Below, one piece after another: positions 1 through 11,777 of a stretch of DNA of 16,624 nucleotides; the first letter of the stretch is position 1, and each line of letters opens with the position of its first letter. A program made the position numbers and the translations under genes. The notes under the pieces were generated by a model. The model saw only the letters and a program-made list of their open reading frames with translations, was not told where the DNA came from and did no database searches. Origin of the DNA: an uncultured Deinococcales bacterium (GTDB lineage Bacteria; Deinococcota; Deinococci; Deinococcales; JAAFIG01); contig CAXTKV010000114.1 in assembly GCA_964244895.1 (NCBI GenBank), positions 1 to 16,624 on the forward strand. The letters are read 5' to 3'.

Positions 1-1
1 T

Positions 2-1717
2 GAACGCTATCCCAAAGAGCTCGCCCGAGGCATTCAGAGTTACATCGGTTTGCCGCTTCTGGATTCCTCGAGTCGCGTCATCGGTCATCTGGTGGTCGAG
101 GACACCAAGCCGATGGGCGATCAAGCGCCGGGCTTGTGGGTGCTTCAGATTTTCGCCTCGCGCGCTGCCGCCGAACTCGAGCGCCAACGCGGTGAGCACG
201 CGCTGCGCGATTCGGAGGAACGTTACCGCCTGCTTTTTGGCGGCAACCCACTGCCCGTACTCGTCTGCGACGCGCGGACGCTCGAGTTCGTGGCGGTCAA
301 CGATGCGGCCATCCGGCATTACGGCTATTCCAGGGCGGAATTCGAAGCGATCAACCTGGGCGCGCTCGTTTCCGGCGCGGGCGATCCGCTCGAGGCGCAC
401 CAGCACAACCTCAAAGATGGCAGCCCGATCGAGGTCGAGGTCTCGAGGTACACGCTCCGCGTCATGCGGCGTCAGGCGCACCTCTTGTTGGTCAACGACG
501 TGACCGAACGCAAAAGAATAGAGCTCGAGCGCGCCCAGCAGTACCAGCTTCTCGAGCAGCGGGTCAAGGCCAGAACCCGAGAAATCGAACGCCGTCGGCA
601 GGTGGCTGAAAGCTTGCGGGACGTGCTGGCGATCCTCAACTCGCACCGTTCGCTCGAGGAAATCCTGGCCTCCATCGTGGAGCGCGCAGGGCGTCAATTG
701 AGAACCGACGCGGGCGCGGTCTGTGAAATGAGCGGCGATCAGCCCGATCTTCAGCGACTGGGTCTCCAGGCGCGGCAGGGACTCGAAGGGCGCGAGGCCA
801 TCGTCTCGACGGCCTGGTTCCGCAACCTGTCAGACCGGGCGATGCGCACCCGTCAGGCCGTGGCCGTTTCGGACACCCACACCTTAGACGAACCGCCCAA
901 CCCGGCGCTCGGCTTCAGGGCCGTCCTGGTCGTGCCGTTGATCGTCAATCAGCGAGCGCAGGGTTGCCTGGCGCTCTTTTCGCTTGAACCGCGCGATTTC
1001 TACGAGGAGGACATCGGGCTGGCGACCACTTTCGGCGATCACATCGCGCTGGCCCTCGAGAACGCGCGCCTGCGCGAGGCGGCGGGACGCATGGCGGTGC
1101 TCGAGGAACGCGAGCGCCTCTCGCGCGAATTGCACGATTCCGTGACGCAATCCTTGTACAGCCTGACGCTGTTCGCCGAGACCGGGCGGCGGTACGCCTC
1201 GGCGGGCGATCTGGGCCAGGCGCGCGATCACCTGAGTTTGCTGGGTGACACGGCACAGCAGACCCTCAAGGAAATGCGCTTGATGGTTCACGAGTTGCGC
1301 CCGTCCGCCCTCGAGAACGGCGGTCTGGTCGAGGCGTTGCGCCGCCGCCTGGACGCGGTCGAGGAGCGCGCCGGGGTGATGACCCGATTGCTCGCGCCGA
1401 GCGCGCTGGCGCTACCACCGATGCTCGAGGACAACCTCTTCCTGGTGGCCCAGGAGGCCCTCAACAACGCCCTGCGCCACGCCAAAGCCAGCGCGGTCAC
1501 GGTCAGAATCGAGGTTGAAGGCCAAACGATCACGCTCGAGATCGAGGACGACGGTTGCGGCTGCGACCTCGAAGCCGCGCGTCAATCCGGCGGGATCGGA
1601 CTTCTGGCGATGCGCGAGCGGGCGGAAAAATTCGGCGCGCAGCTCGAGGTGCATTCCGCGCCCGGCGCGGGTACGCGCGTCAGGCTTCGCGCGCCCCTGA
1701 AAACGCCCGGCGCGTAG
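2..1717 (+). CDS. Sensor histidine kinase (GAF-PAS-GAF-HisKA_3-HATPase; NarX/UhpB class), 5' end lies outside the window
   Basis: Frame is open from base 2 (ERYPKELARGIQSYIGLPLLDSSSRVIGHL, GAF-like). PAS signature SEERYRLLF...VNDAAIRHYGYS...DVTERK. H-box ERERLSRELHDSVTQSL, N-box QEALNNALRHAKA, G-boxes DDGCG and GIGLLAMRER. Confidence 0.93.
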   Translation, partial: ERYPKELARGIQSYIGLPLLDSSSRVIGHLVVEDTKPMGDQAPGLWVLQIFASRAAAELERQRGEHALRDSEERYRLLFGGNPLPVLVCDARTLEFVAVNDAAIRHYGYSRAEFEAINLGALVSGAGDPLEAHQHNLKDGSPIEVEVSRYTLRVMRRQAHLLLVNDVTERKRIELERAQQYQLLEQRVKARTREIERRRQVAESLRDVLAILNSHRSLEEILASIVERAGRQLRTDAGAVCEMSGDQPDLQRLGLQARQGLEGREAIVSTAWFRNLSDRAMRTRQAVAVSDTHTLDEPPNPALGFRAVLVVPLIVNQRAQGCLALFSLEPRDFYEEDIGLATTFGDHIALALENARLREAAGRMAVLEERERLSRELHDSVTQSLYSLTLFAETGRRYASAGDLGQARDHLSLLGDTAQQTLKEMRLMVHELRPSALENGGLVEALRRRLDAVEERAGVMTRLLAPSALALPPMLEDNLFLVAQEALNNALRHAKASAVTVRIEVEGQTITLEIEDDGCGCDLEAARQSGGIGLLAMRERAEKFGAQLEVHSAPGAGTRVRLRAPLKTPGA

Positions 1718-1753
1718 ACTCGAGCCCAGCTAGGGGAAGGAAGGTGCGTCTCG

Positions 1754-2410
1754 ATGCAGGAAACCATACGCGTGCTGATCGCCGAAGATCACGCCGTCGT
1801 CCGCGCCGGACTCAAAGCGTTGATCGCCACGGAACCGGGGCTCGAGGTCGTGGGTGACGTGGGTGACGGGCTCGAGGCGGTCATCCGGGCGCAGACCTTG
1901 CGTCCCGACGTGATCCTAATGGACCTGTCCATGCCGCGCCTGGACGGCATCAACGCGATCCAGCAAATCAAACAAGAAAATCCTCAGGCGCGCATTCTGG
2001 TTCTGACCAGCTTCATCGAGGACGATAAGGTCTTCGCCGCGATCAAGGCTGGGGCGCTCGGGTATCTGTTGAAGGAATCCTCGCCGGACGACCTGCTGCG
2101 CGGCATCCGCGCGGTTCACCGGGGCGAATCGTGGCTGCACCCGGCCATCGCCGCCAAGCTGATCCGCGACCTGCACGCACCGACCAGCACTGCAATGGAA
2201 GAACCCCTGACCGAGCGCGAACTCGAGATCATCAAATTGGTGGCTCAGGGCCTGGCCAACAAGGTCATCGCCGACCGTCTCGAGATCGCAGAGCGCACCG
2301 TGCGAACGCACGTCAGCAACATCCTGGAAAAGTTGCACCTGGCCAACCGCACGCAGGCCACCCTGTACGCCCTCAAGAAAGGCATCGTGGATCGGGACGC
2401 GACACCCTGA
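1754..2410 (+). CDS. NarL/LuxR-family two-component response regulator
   Basis: Receiver motifs IAEDH, DVILMD and GYLLK; LuxR HTH LTERELEIIKLVAQGLANKVIADRLEIAERTVRTHVSNIL. Starts 36 bp after the kinase, with purine-rich GGAAGG upstream. Confidence 0.96.
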   Translation: MQETIRVLIAEDHAVVRAGLKALIATEPGLEVVGDVGDGLEAVIRAQTLRPDVILMDLSMPRLDGINAIQQIKQENPQARILVLTSFIEDDKVFAAIKAGALGYLLKESSPDDLLRGIRAVHRGESWLHPAIAAKLIRDLHAPTSTAMEEPLTERELEIIKLVAQGLANKVIADRLEIAERTVRTHVSNILEKLHLANRTQATLYALKKGIVDRDATP

Positions 2411-2411
2411 A

Positions 2412-2458
2412 AACACCGTCCAGCGCGGGGTGATTGATATTACGTCCTGGGCGGTGTT
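2412..2458. repeat. Dispersed repeat family, inverted pair (AACACCGTCCAGCGCG ... CGTCCTGGGCGGTGTT)
   Basis: Arms 2412-2427 and 2443-2458 match 13/16 as reverse complements, with a 15-nt spacer, directly after the regulator stop codon. Confidence 0.8.
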
Positions 2459-2554
2459 ATTGGTCAAGATCGCTCGAAATGGCTTCTGTTCAGAGAGCCT
2501 TGCCGTTGCCCTCGAGCGGCAGTATTTCTCGTGCGCTGGGAACGATCGGCGCGA

Positions 2555-2604
2555 CGGTGACTCGAGAGGAAGGTCGCCCGAGGTGCGTTCCTCTCGAGTC
2601 GCCG
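2555..2604. repeat. 17-bp inverted repeat (hairpin) containing CTCGAG in both arms
   Basis: CGGTGACTCGAGAGGAA (2555-2571) and TTCCTCTCGAGTCGCCG (2588-2604); one G:T pair; 16-nt loop. Confidence 0.8.
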
Positions 2605-2681
2605 AGAAAACGCGCGGCGAGATTCGTGACCAGCACTCGGCTCCGAAACGCGCATCCTGCGCTCACTCGAGCGGCCATCCG

Positions 2682-2761
2682 ACCGCGACATTTGACGTAG
2701 CTGCCGGACGCCCGCGCCGCGACGTTGCGCCGATGCGAAACGGGTGCGCGAAGCGCAGGAT
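2682..2761 (+). promoter_or_regulatory. Putative activator-dependent promoter, copy 1 (operator ACCGCGACATTTGACGTA, GCGCCGATGC box, -10-like CAGGAT)
   Basis: The 18-mer (2682-2699) and 10-mer (2727-2736) recur exactly, with the same spacing, at 12825-12842 and 12870-12879. Confidence 0.7.
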
Positions 2762-2768
2762 GAACGCG

Positions 2769-2818
2769 TCGCTCGAGCCCGTCCAGATGGCCTTCCTAGG
2801 GTTGGTGGGCTCGAGCGA
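2769..2818 (+). other. Perfect 12-bp stem-loop in the predicted 5' UTR of the ABC binding-protein gene
   Basis: TCGCTCGAGCCC (2769-2780) and GGGCTCGAGCGA (2807-2818). Confidence 0.7.
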
Positions 2819-2844
2819 ACTGCAGGCATCACGAAGGGGTCAAC

Positions 2845-3771
2845 ATGAAACACGGATACCTCGCACTCGGCGGCGTTCTCGTTCTGGGCATCCTGGGGCT
2901 GGGCCTGGCGCAACAAAAAGCCATCACGGTCGGCAGCAAGCTCGACGCGGAGGGCCGCCTGCTGGGCAGCATGATCCGTTTGACGCTCGAGAACGCGGGC
3001 GTGCCGGTCAACGACAAGACCGGCACGGGCACGACGCCGATCACGCGCAAGGCGCTCTTAGAGGGTCAGATCGACATTTACCCGGAGTACACCGGAACCG
3101 CAATCAACAACTTCTTCAAGGGCGAAACGATCCCCGAAGGCGCGTCTAAGGACGCGGACAAGTCCTACCAGACGGTCAAGGCGCTCGACAAGAAACTCAA
3201 CAACATCGAGTGGCTGGGCCGCGCACCTGCCAACAACACCTGGGCGATCTGCGTGCCGAAAGCGCTGGCGCAGAAAGAAAACCTGAAGACGCTCGAGGAT
3301 TTCGGCAAGTACGTCAACAGGGGCGGCGCGGTCAAGTTGATCGGCAGTCAGGAGTTCATCGAGCGCGACGACGCGCTGAAATCCTTCCAGAAAGCCTACG
3401 GTTTCACGCTCAAGCCCGATCAGCTCGTGATCCTGGCCGGGGCGACCACCGCTCAGACCGAAGGAGCCGCCGCGCAGGGCACGAACGGCGTCAACGCGGC
3501 GATGGCCTACGGCACGGACGGCTCGCTGGCGGCGCTCGGGCTGGTGGTGCTGTCCGATCCGAAGGGCGCGCAGCCGAACTACCAGCCCGCCCCGACCGTG
3601 CGCGGCGACGTGCTGAAGGCCAACCCGCAGATCGCCAAGTTGATTGACCCGATCTTTGCGACCCTGGACGAGGAGACGCTGCAAGGGCTGAACGTGCAGA
3701 TCGACCTTCAGGGCAAGAATCCAGCCGACGTGGCCAGAACCTACTTGAAGGCCAAAGGCTTCTTGAAGTAA
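2845..3771 (+). CDS. osmF: Glycine betaine/osmoprotectant ABC transporter substrate-binding protein (OsmF/YehZ, OpuAC family)
   Basis: Signal peptide followed by ITVGSKLDAEG, GQIDIYPEYTGT, APANNTWAI, EFIERDDAL, AAMAYGTDG, LSDPKGAQPNYQPAPTVR; RBS AAGGGG. Confidence 0.9.
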   Translation: MKHGYLALGGVLVLGILGLGLAQQKAITVGSKLDAEGRLLGSMIRLTLENAGVPVNDKTGTGTTPITRKALLEGQIDIYPEYTGTAINNFFKGETIPEGASKDADKSYQTVKALDKKLNNIEWLGRAPANNTWAICVPKALAQKENLKTLEDFGKYVNRGGAVKLIGSQEFIERDDALKSFQKAYGFTLKPDQLVILAGATTAQTEGAAAQGTNGVNAAMAYGTDGSLAALGLVVLSDPKGAQPNYQPAPTVRGDVLKANPQIAKLIDPIFATLDEETLQGLNVQIDLQGKNPADVARTYLKAKGFLK

Positions 3772-3778
3772 TCCTCGC

Positions 3779-3842
3779 GGCACTGCGGGGCGATGGCACT
3801 GCGGGGCGATGGCACTGCGGGGCGATGGCACTGTGAGGCGAT
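3779..3842. repeat. Tandem repeat, 4 x 16 bp (GGCACTGCGGGGCGAT)
   Basis: Three exact copies (3779, 3795, 3811) and a fourth with 2 mismatches (3827, GGCACTGTGAGGCGAT). Confidence 0.95.
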
Positions 3843-3920
3843 GCGAGATGCGCGTTTCTCGAGAAGCGCACGATGGCTTCAGCCTCGCTTCATCGCTCGA
3901 GCCGAACGTGGCACCGCGAG

Positions 3921-3973
3921 ACCGTCCAGCACGCTATTTTCATTCCCCGAATAATTGCGTGCTGGACGGTGTT
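3921..3973. repeat. Dispersed repeat family, inverted pair
   Basis: ACCGTCCAGCACGC (3921-3934) and its perfect reverse complement GCGTGCTGGACGGT (3957-3970, continuing GTT) around a 22-nt AT-rich spacer. Confidence 0.9.
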
Positions 3974-4073
3974 CTGGCCCAAGAGTCCTCGAGTCAACCC
4001 GTGTCCGACCGCCTCAAAATCGTGAGCGCGAACCGCGAGCCGCCGACGCAGATCGACCAAAAGGAGCAGCGCT

Positions 4074-5459
4074 ATGAATCATTTCGACGTGGTGATCATC
4101 GGCGGCGGTCAGGCGGGCATTCCGCTCGCGTTCGCACTCGCCGAGGCGGGCAGGACGGTCGCGCTGGCCGAACGCAAGTATTTAGGGGGCTCGTGCGTGA
4201 ATTTCGGTTGCACCCCGACCAAGGCCGCGATCGCCAGCGCCAGGCTGGCGCACCAGGCGAGCCGCGCCAGCGAATACGGCCTTCGCATCCCGAAAGTCGA
4301 AGTGGACTTCGCGGGCGTGCTCGAGCGGGCCAAAGGCATCGCCCTGAATTCCCGCCACGGTCACGACAACCGCCTCGAGCGTTCCGAGAACCCGAAGCTC
4401 CTGCGCGGACACGCGCGGCTCGAGGGTCGCAGCGATGAATTGTTCCAGGTTCGAGTCGGCGATCAGCTCATGGGCGCGAAACAGATCGTGCTCAACACGG
4501 GCACGCGCAGCTTCATCCCACCGATCTCCGGGGTGATGGACGTGGACATCATCCACGCCGGAAACTGGCTCGAGATGCCGATGCTGCCGACGCACCTGGC
4601 AGTCATCGGCGGCGGCTACATCGGCCTGGAGATGGCGCAGTTCTACAGGCGCATGGGTTCGGACGTGACCGTGCTGCACATGGGCGCTCAGATCGCCGAT
4701 CACGAAGATGAAGATGTAGCGCGAGCCATCCAGCAGCTTCTGGAGCGCGAGGGCATCCGGTTTCAGATGGGCGTCAACGTCAAGCGCACCGAGGCCCGCG
4801 CAAGCGGCGTCCGCGTCAGCTTCGAGCGGGACGGTACGACCCACCAACTCGACGCGAGCCACGTTTTCGTAGCCACCGGACGCACGATGAACACCGATGA
4901 TCTGGGCCTCGAGACCCTCGGCGTCAAGCTCAGCAATCGCGGCGTGGTCGAGGTGAACGATCACCTCGAGACGAGCGTGCCGGGCATTTACGCCGCCGGA
5001 GACATCAGGGGCGGGCCGCAGTTCACGCACACCGCCTGGGACGATTACCGCATCCTGGAAAACCGGATCGTCGGTGACGGCACGAAGACGACCAGGCGCG
5101 TGCTGCCGTATGGGTTGTTCACCGACCCGGAACTCGGTCGGGTCGGCCTGACCGAACGCGAGGCCAACGATCGAGGGCTCGAGATCAAGGTGGCGAAGTT
5201 CGAGCTGAAGCGCAACGGCAAGGCGCTCGAGATCGGGGAACCCGACGGCTTCATCAAGTTGGTCGTGGACGCCAGAACGGATCGCATCCTGGGCGCGGCG
5301 GTGCTGGCCAGCGAGGGCGCGGAGTTGGTTCACACCTACGTCACCTTGATGAACGCCGACGCGCCCTTGACCGTCATCCGCGATGCGGTCTTTGCGCACC
5401 CGACGCTTCAGGAGGCCATCCAGAGCGCGACCGCGCTCGTCAAGCCATCAGCATCGTGA
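4074..5459 (+). CDS. Pyridine nucleotide-disulfide oxidoreductase, class I (dihydrolipoamide dehydrogenase/mercuric reductase-like family)
   Basis: FAD motif IIGGGQAG, redox disulfide GGSCVNFGCTPTK, NAD(P) motif IGGGYIGLE, AAGD, C-terminal HPTLQE; RBS AAGGAG. Confidence 0.92.
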   Translation: MNHFDVVIIGGGQAGIPLAFALAEAGRTVALAERKYLGGSCVNFGCTPTKAAIASARLAHQASRASEYGLRIPKVEVDFAGVLERAKGIALNSRHGHDNRLERSENPKLLRGHARLEGRSDELFQVRVGDQLMGAKQIVLNTGTRSFIPPISGVMDVDIIHAGNWLEMPMLPTHLAVIGGGYIGLEMAQFYRRMGSDVTVLHMGAQIADHEDEDVARAIQQLLEREGIRFQMGVNVKRTEARASGVRVSFERDGTTHQLDASHVFVATGRTMNTDDLGLETLGVKLSNRGVVEVNDHLETSVPGIYAAGDIRGGPQFTHTAWDDYRILENRIVGDGTKTTRRVLPYGLFTDPELGRVGLTEREANDRGLEIKVAKFELKRNGKALEIGEPDGFIKLVVDARTDRILGAAVLASEGAELVHTYVTLMNADAPLTVIRDAVFAHPTLQEAIQSATALVKPSAS

Positions 5460-5494
5460 AGATTCTCGAGACCTCGAATCAGGGAGTTGAAACC

Positions 5495-7690
5495 ATGGCA
5501 CGCAAGGAAACCGCACCCACCACCGAGCCCCGCACCAAGCGCAAAAGCGAGCCGCGAGCCGCACCGAAGCGCGACGAGTTGAACCGTGACGATGCTGGCT
5601 TCTCACCGCCGACCAGACGCGCCGCCAAACCCACCGCGAGCGCTCAAAATTCCACCGACTTCGTTCATTTCACGGCCAAAGACATCGATCTCGAGTCGGG
5701 CCTGAACCGCGAGTGGATCATCACCAACGGCATCGGCGGTTACGGTATGGGCGCGCTGATCGGCGCGAGAACCCGGCACTACCACGGGCTGCTCGTGGCC
5801 GCGCTCGAGCCGCCGTTGGGTCGCGTCGTGACGGTCGCGCAGCTCATTGAACGTGTCAAACAACCCGACGGCGTCACGCACCTGCACACGCAAGAATGGG
5901 GCGGCGGAACGGTCGATCCGCTCGGGTACATGAAACTCGAATCGTTCACCCTGGAAGGAACCGTACCGACCTGGCGCTACGACCTGAACGGCGCGAAGCT
6001 CATCAAACGCGTCTGGATGAAATACGGCCAGAACACGACCTTCGTGACCTACACGCTGACGCACGGCGGGTCAATCGCACTCGAGATCGAGCCGCTGTGC
6101 ACCTACCGCGATCACCACGGCGGCACGAAAGCTGGAGAAGCCCCGCGCGTGGATGCCGTCAAGGACGGTCTCGAGGTGCGCTTCCCGAACGCCACGCCGT
6201 ACTTCATCCGGTCGAACCTGGGCGAGCGCATCGAGGGCGGCGACTGGTGGTACAACGCCTTCTTGCGGGTCGAATCTGAACGCGGCTTCGACGCGCTCGA
6301 GGACGCGTACCGCGCCGGGCGCTTGGCGGCGACGCTCGAGCAGGGGCAGACGCTCGCACTCGCCATCTCGACGGAACCCGACGCTCACGCCTCCGACTGG
6401 GCGCACGAACTCGAGGGCGAACGCGCCCGCGCAGCGCAGCTTGTGGCGTGCGCCGGACTCAAGGGCGAGCCATCGTGGGTGCAGCAACTCGCCCTCGCCG
6501 CCGATCAGTTCATCGTCTCTCGCACCCTGCCGGACGGAACCGAGGGCCAGACCGTGATCGCGGGCTACCCGTGGTTCGGCGATTGGGGCCGCGACACGAT
6601 GATCGCGCTGCCGGGACTGACGCTCGCCACCGGACGGCCCGAGGTGGCCGCCAGCATTCTGCGCACCTTCGGGCGCTACGTGGACATGGGAATGCTGCCC
6701 AACCGATTCCCCGACCACGGCGAAACCCCCGAGTACAACACGGTCGATGCGACCCTCTGGTACGTCGAAGCGATCCGCTCCTACGTCGCGGCCACAAAAG
6801 ACGAAACCATCGTGGACGACCTCTGGGCGACACTCGAGAGCATCGTGCGCTGGCACGTCAACGGCACGCGCTACGGCATCCAAACTGATCCCACGGACGG
6901 CCTCTTGCGGGCGGGTGAACCCGGCGTGCAACTGACCTGGATGGACGCCAAGATCAATGATTGGGTGGTCACGCCGCGCACCGGCAAACCCGTCGAGATC
7001 AACGCGCTCTGGTACAACGCGCTCCGTACCCTCGAGCACTTCGCGCGAGGCTCGAAGAACCCCGCACGCAAGGCCACGCACGATTACACGGCGCTGGCGG
7101 ATCGGGTGGCGGATTCGTTCGTGCAGCGCTACTGGAACAAGGCGACCGGATACCTCTACGACGTGATCGACGGGACGCTGCCCGATGGATCAATCGGCGA
7201 CGACCCGACCATCCGCCCGAACGCCGTGATCGCCGCCAGCCTGGAATATTGCCCGATCGAGCACACCACGCGCCAACAGATCGTGAACGTGGCGCGAGAA
7301 AAACTCTTGACGCCCTACGGATTGCGCTCGCTCGCGCCCGAGGATTGGCGCTACGCCGGGCGCTACATCGGCAGCCCGCTGGAGCGCGATGGCGTCTACC
7401 ACCAGGGCGCGGTCTGGCCGTGGCTGATCGGGCCGTTCGTCGGCGCGCACCTTCACGCCTTTTCTCGTCCGCACGAGGCCAGAGGCTTGCTCGAGCCCAC
7501 CTTACAGCACGTGCTGGAAGGTGGGCTGGGTTCGGTCTCCGAGATTCTGGACGGCGACGCCCCATTCACGCCTCGGGGCTGCCCGTGGCAGGCGTGGAGC
7601 GTGGCAGAAGTTTTGCGCGCGTGGAAGCTGACCGCCGCGACCCAGAAACCCGTGCGCGAGAACTCCACCGGAAAGAAGGTCAAATCATGA
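5495..7690 (+). CDS. Amylo-alpha-1,6-glucosidase / glycogen debranching enzyme (GDE_N + GDE_C, archaeal-type)
   Basis: [93 protein letters not shown] 5495 preferred because GGGAG lies 8 nt upstream; GTG 5456 is an alternative. Confidence 0.92.
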   Translation: MARKETAPTTEPRTKRKSEPRAAPKRDELNRDDAGFSPPTRRAAKPTASAQNSTDFVHFTAKDIDLESGLNREWIITNGIGGYGMGALIGARTRHYHGLLVAALEPPLGRVVTVAQLIERVKQPDGVTHLHTQEWGGGTVDPLGYMKLESFTLEGTVPTWRYDLNGAKLIKRVWMKYGQNTTFVTYTLTHGGSIALEIEPLCTYRDHHGGTKAGEAPRVDAVKDGLEVRFPNATPYFIRSNLGERIEGGDWWYNAFLRVESERGFDALEDAYRAGRLAATLEQGQTLALAISTEPDAHASDWAHELEGERARAAQLVACAGLKGEPSWVQQLALAADQFIVSRTLPDGTEGQTVIAGYPWFGDWGRDTMIALPGLTLATGRPEVAASILRTFGRYVDMGMLPNRFPDHGETPEYNTVDATLWYVEAIRSYVAATKDETIVDDLWATLESIVRWHVNGTRYGIQTDPTDGLLRAGEPGVQLTWMDAKINDWVVTPRTGKPVEINALWYNALRTLEHFARGSKNPARKATHDYTALADRVADSFVQRYWNKATGYLYDVIDGTLPDGSIGDDPTIRPNAVIAASLEYCPIEHTTRQQIVNVAREKLLTPYGLRSLAPEDWRYAGRYIGSPLERDGVYHQGAVWPWLIGPFVGAHLHAFSRPHEARGLLEPTLQHVLEGGLGSVSEILDGDAPFTPRGCPWQAWSVAEVLRAWKLTAATQKPVRENSTGKKVKS

Positions 7691-7898
7691 GTCTGGACGC
7701 GCTGCTGGGATTTCCCGAAGGCTACCTGAGTCGGCTCGCCGACACCCTAGATCCACCGCGGTCACGAGACGAATGGGATTCTCGAGATCGGGTATCGAGC
7801 GATCCCGCGCCACAACAAACACCGTCCAGCACGGTAGGCGGTATCAAGAACACCGTCTGGGACGCAAGAAACACGCAGGGATTCGGGAAGGTCAAGTC

Positions 7899-7902
<4 letters not shown>
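7687..7902 (+). CDS. Putative 71-aa small protein with ATGA overlaps at both ends
   Basis: [30 protein letters not shown]...GFGKVKS*. Its ATG overlaps the upstream stop and its TGA overlaps the downstream ATG (7899). No recognisable family. Confidence 0.45.
7818..7867 (+). repeat. Dispersed repeat family, two direct copies
   Basis: AACACCGTCCAGCACG (7818-7833) and AACACCGTCTGGGACGCAA (7849-7867). Confidence 0.85.
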
Positions 7903-10550
<2,648 letters not shown>

Positions 10551-10556
<6 letters not shown>

Positions 10557-10617
10557 CGTAAAGTTAACAGGCGCTGCGTAAAGCCGCGCAGCGCCTAAGT
10601 TGAACGTAATGTTAGAA
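10551..10617 (-). mobile_element. Integron attC-like recombination site (may double as a terminator hairpin)
   Basis: Minus strand reads TTCTAAC-ATTAC-GTTCAAC-TT-AGGCGCTGCG-CGGCTTTA-CGCAGCGCCT-GTTAAC-TTTAC-GTCAGAC: R'' box, 5-nt spacer, L'' with one extra C relative to L', central stem, L', R' with one mismatch to GTTRRRY. 67 bp long and 2 nt after the stop of the island gene. Confidence 0.75.
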
Positions 10618-10619
10618 AT

Positions 10620-11777
10620 CTATAGTGCCAAAACATCGCGGAGAAAACTGATGGATCTCTCTTCATCAATAGACGATTCAGGCGACAAGATAAGCTTGCT
10701 AATGGCCTTACCCTCAAATTGGCTAACACCTCTTGAATTTCTTCCGGCCCAGTGCTTAAGCAGAATAGTGGAATTCAGTAACCGCTCTTGAAACATTGAG
10801 ACCAGAACGGTGTTGACAATTTTTTCCGGTTCAACACCAACAAAGTAAAACATGAAAACTGAGCGTTCAGAAGATAGAAAATCTAGTACTTTATCAAGGT
10901 TATATGCCTTTGGATTGGAGTCAAGAATCATAATCTTAGTTTTGACATCCGTTTCCGTAAAAAAATCGTTAAACTCTTTGGTGTAGTCGCCCAAAGTATT
11001 TTCCGTCTTGAATTGTGGAATACCGTTTGTGCGCTTCTGGAGAGCGTTGATAATCTCTTGGCGCAGACGGTCATCTTCTCCTGCAATCAGGTACTCAATT
11101 ATTCGACCCCGAACATTGACATTTTCAATCAAGGCCGCCAGCAATATTTCGTTTTTGAACTTTTCTACTTTTGTATCAAGCTCTTCTTTGAGAACCTGTG
11201 CGTCCTGGGACTTGATGAACCTGATTGCTCTTGCTGGAGCGAGCAGTATTTGCTGTTGCTGGATTTCACTCGCCTCAAACTTTTTACCAGAAGGGCTAAT
11301 ATTGTTTGTCGTTTCCACCAAACGAGTAAGATTGCCTTCAAACCCAAGTCCTGAATGAATGTTGAATAATCTTTCAATATTTTCTGGTATATTAGCAATG
11401 CCTTCAAACTCGCGCATTATATCCGAGCCATTGAAACTTCCACGAATATTGTTTTCGCGCAGTTCCTGCGAGCTATGACTAATTTTCTTGAGGAATGTCG
11501 TGTTAGCTAGGTATATGTAATTGTATGATGGCGTTACCAAGCAAACAACGAATGGTCGGTTATCAAATTTTTGCAGATTCGATAGCGAAAGCACTGTATT
11601 CCCGAAGTTTTGGGAAGCGGAAGAATTAAATCTAACTGCAAAATCCTCGCAGTAATAAACCGATCTATCCTTCGTTAACCCAAAATTATCTGCGGTGAGC
11701 TTTGCCAGTCTTGCCTTGTCATTGATCCCGTCATGTTCACGCAGGAAAGTTATTAGTTTTTCAATTGAATTATTCAT
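10620..11777 (-). CDS. Putative Type II restriction endonuclease (uncharacterised, PD-(D/E)xK-like)
   Basis: 385-aa ORF from ATG 11777, overlapping the methyltransferase stop by 8 bp. Candidate catalytic motif E(GRIIEY)...GD-YTKEFNDFFTET-DVK. Function is inferred from context. Confidence 0.6.
   Translation of the reverse strand: MNNSIEKLITFLREHDGINDKARLAKLTADNFGLTKDRSVYYCEDFAVRFNSSASQNFGNTVLSLSNLQKFDNRPFVVCLVTPSYNYIYLANTTFLKKISHSSQELRENNIRGSFNGSDIMREFEGIANIPENIERLFNIHSGLGFEGNLTRLVETTNNISPSGKKFEASEIQQQQILLAPARAIRFIKSQDAQVLKEELDTKVEKFKNEILLAALIENVNVRGRIIEYLIAGEDDRLRQEIINALQKRTNGIPQFKTENTLGDYTKEFNDFFTETDVKTKIMILDSNPKAYNLDKVLDFLSSERSVFMFYFVGVEPEKIVNTVLVSMFQERLLNSTILLKHWAGRNSRGVSQFEGKAISKLILSPESSIDEERSISFLRDVLAL

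Noticed and set aside
50..52. TTG start for the kinase given by the ORF track
   Set aside because: The frame is open to the window edge and the upstream residues continue a GAF-like sequence, so the gene is truncated by the window.
2430..3149. ORFs 2430-3149, 2434-2700 and 2464-2916 across the regulator-osmF intergenic region
   Set aside because: Arg/Ser/Pro-rich shadow translations with no family motifs, overlapping repeats, hairpins and the real osmF gene.
3809..4438. 209-aa ORF starting in the tandem repeat
   Set aside because: It overlaps the oxidoreductase out of frame and reads through non-coding repeats.
4074..5459. merA (mercuric reductase) or lpdA assignment
   Set aside because: No C-terminal Cys-Cys or mer context, and no dehydrogenase-complex context.
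7773..7898. Extended N-terminus of the GH63-like glucosidase
   Set aside because: It runs through repeat DNA; ATG 7899 has an RBS and an ATGA overlap and lies close to the conserved family start.
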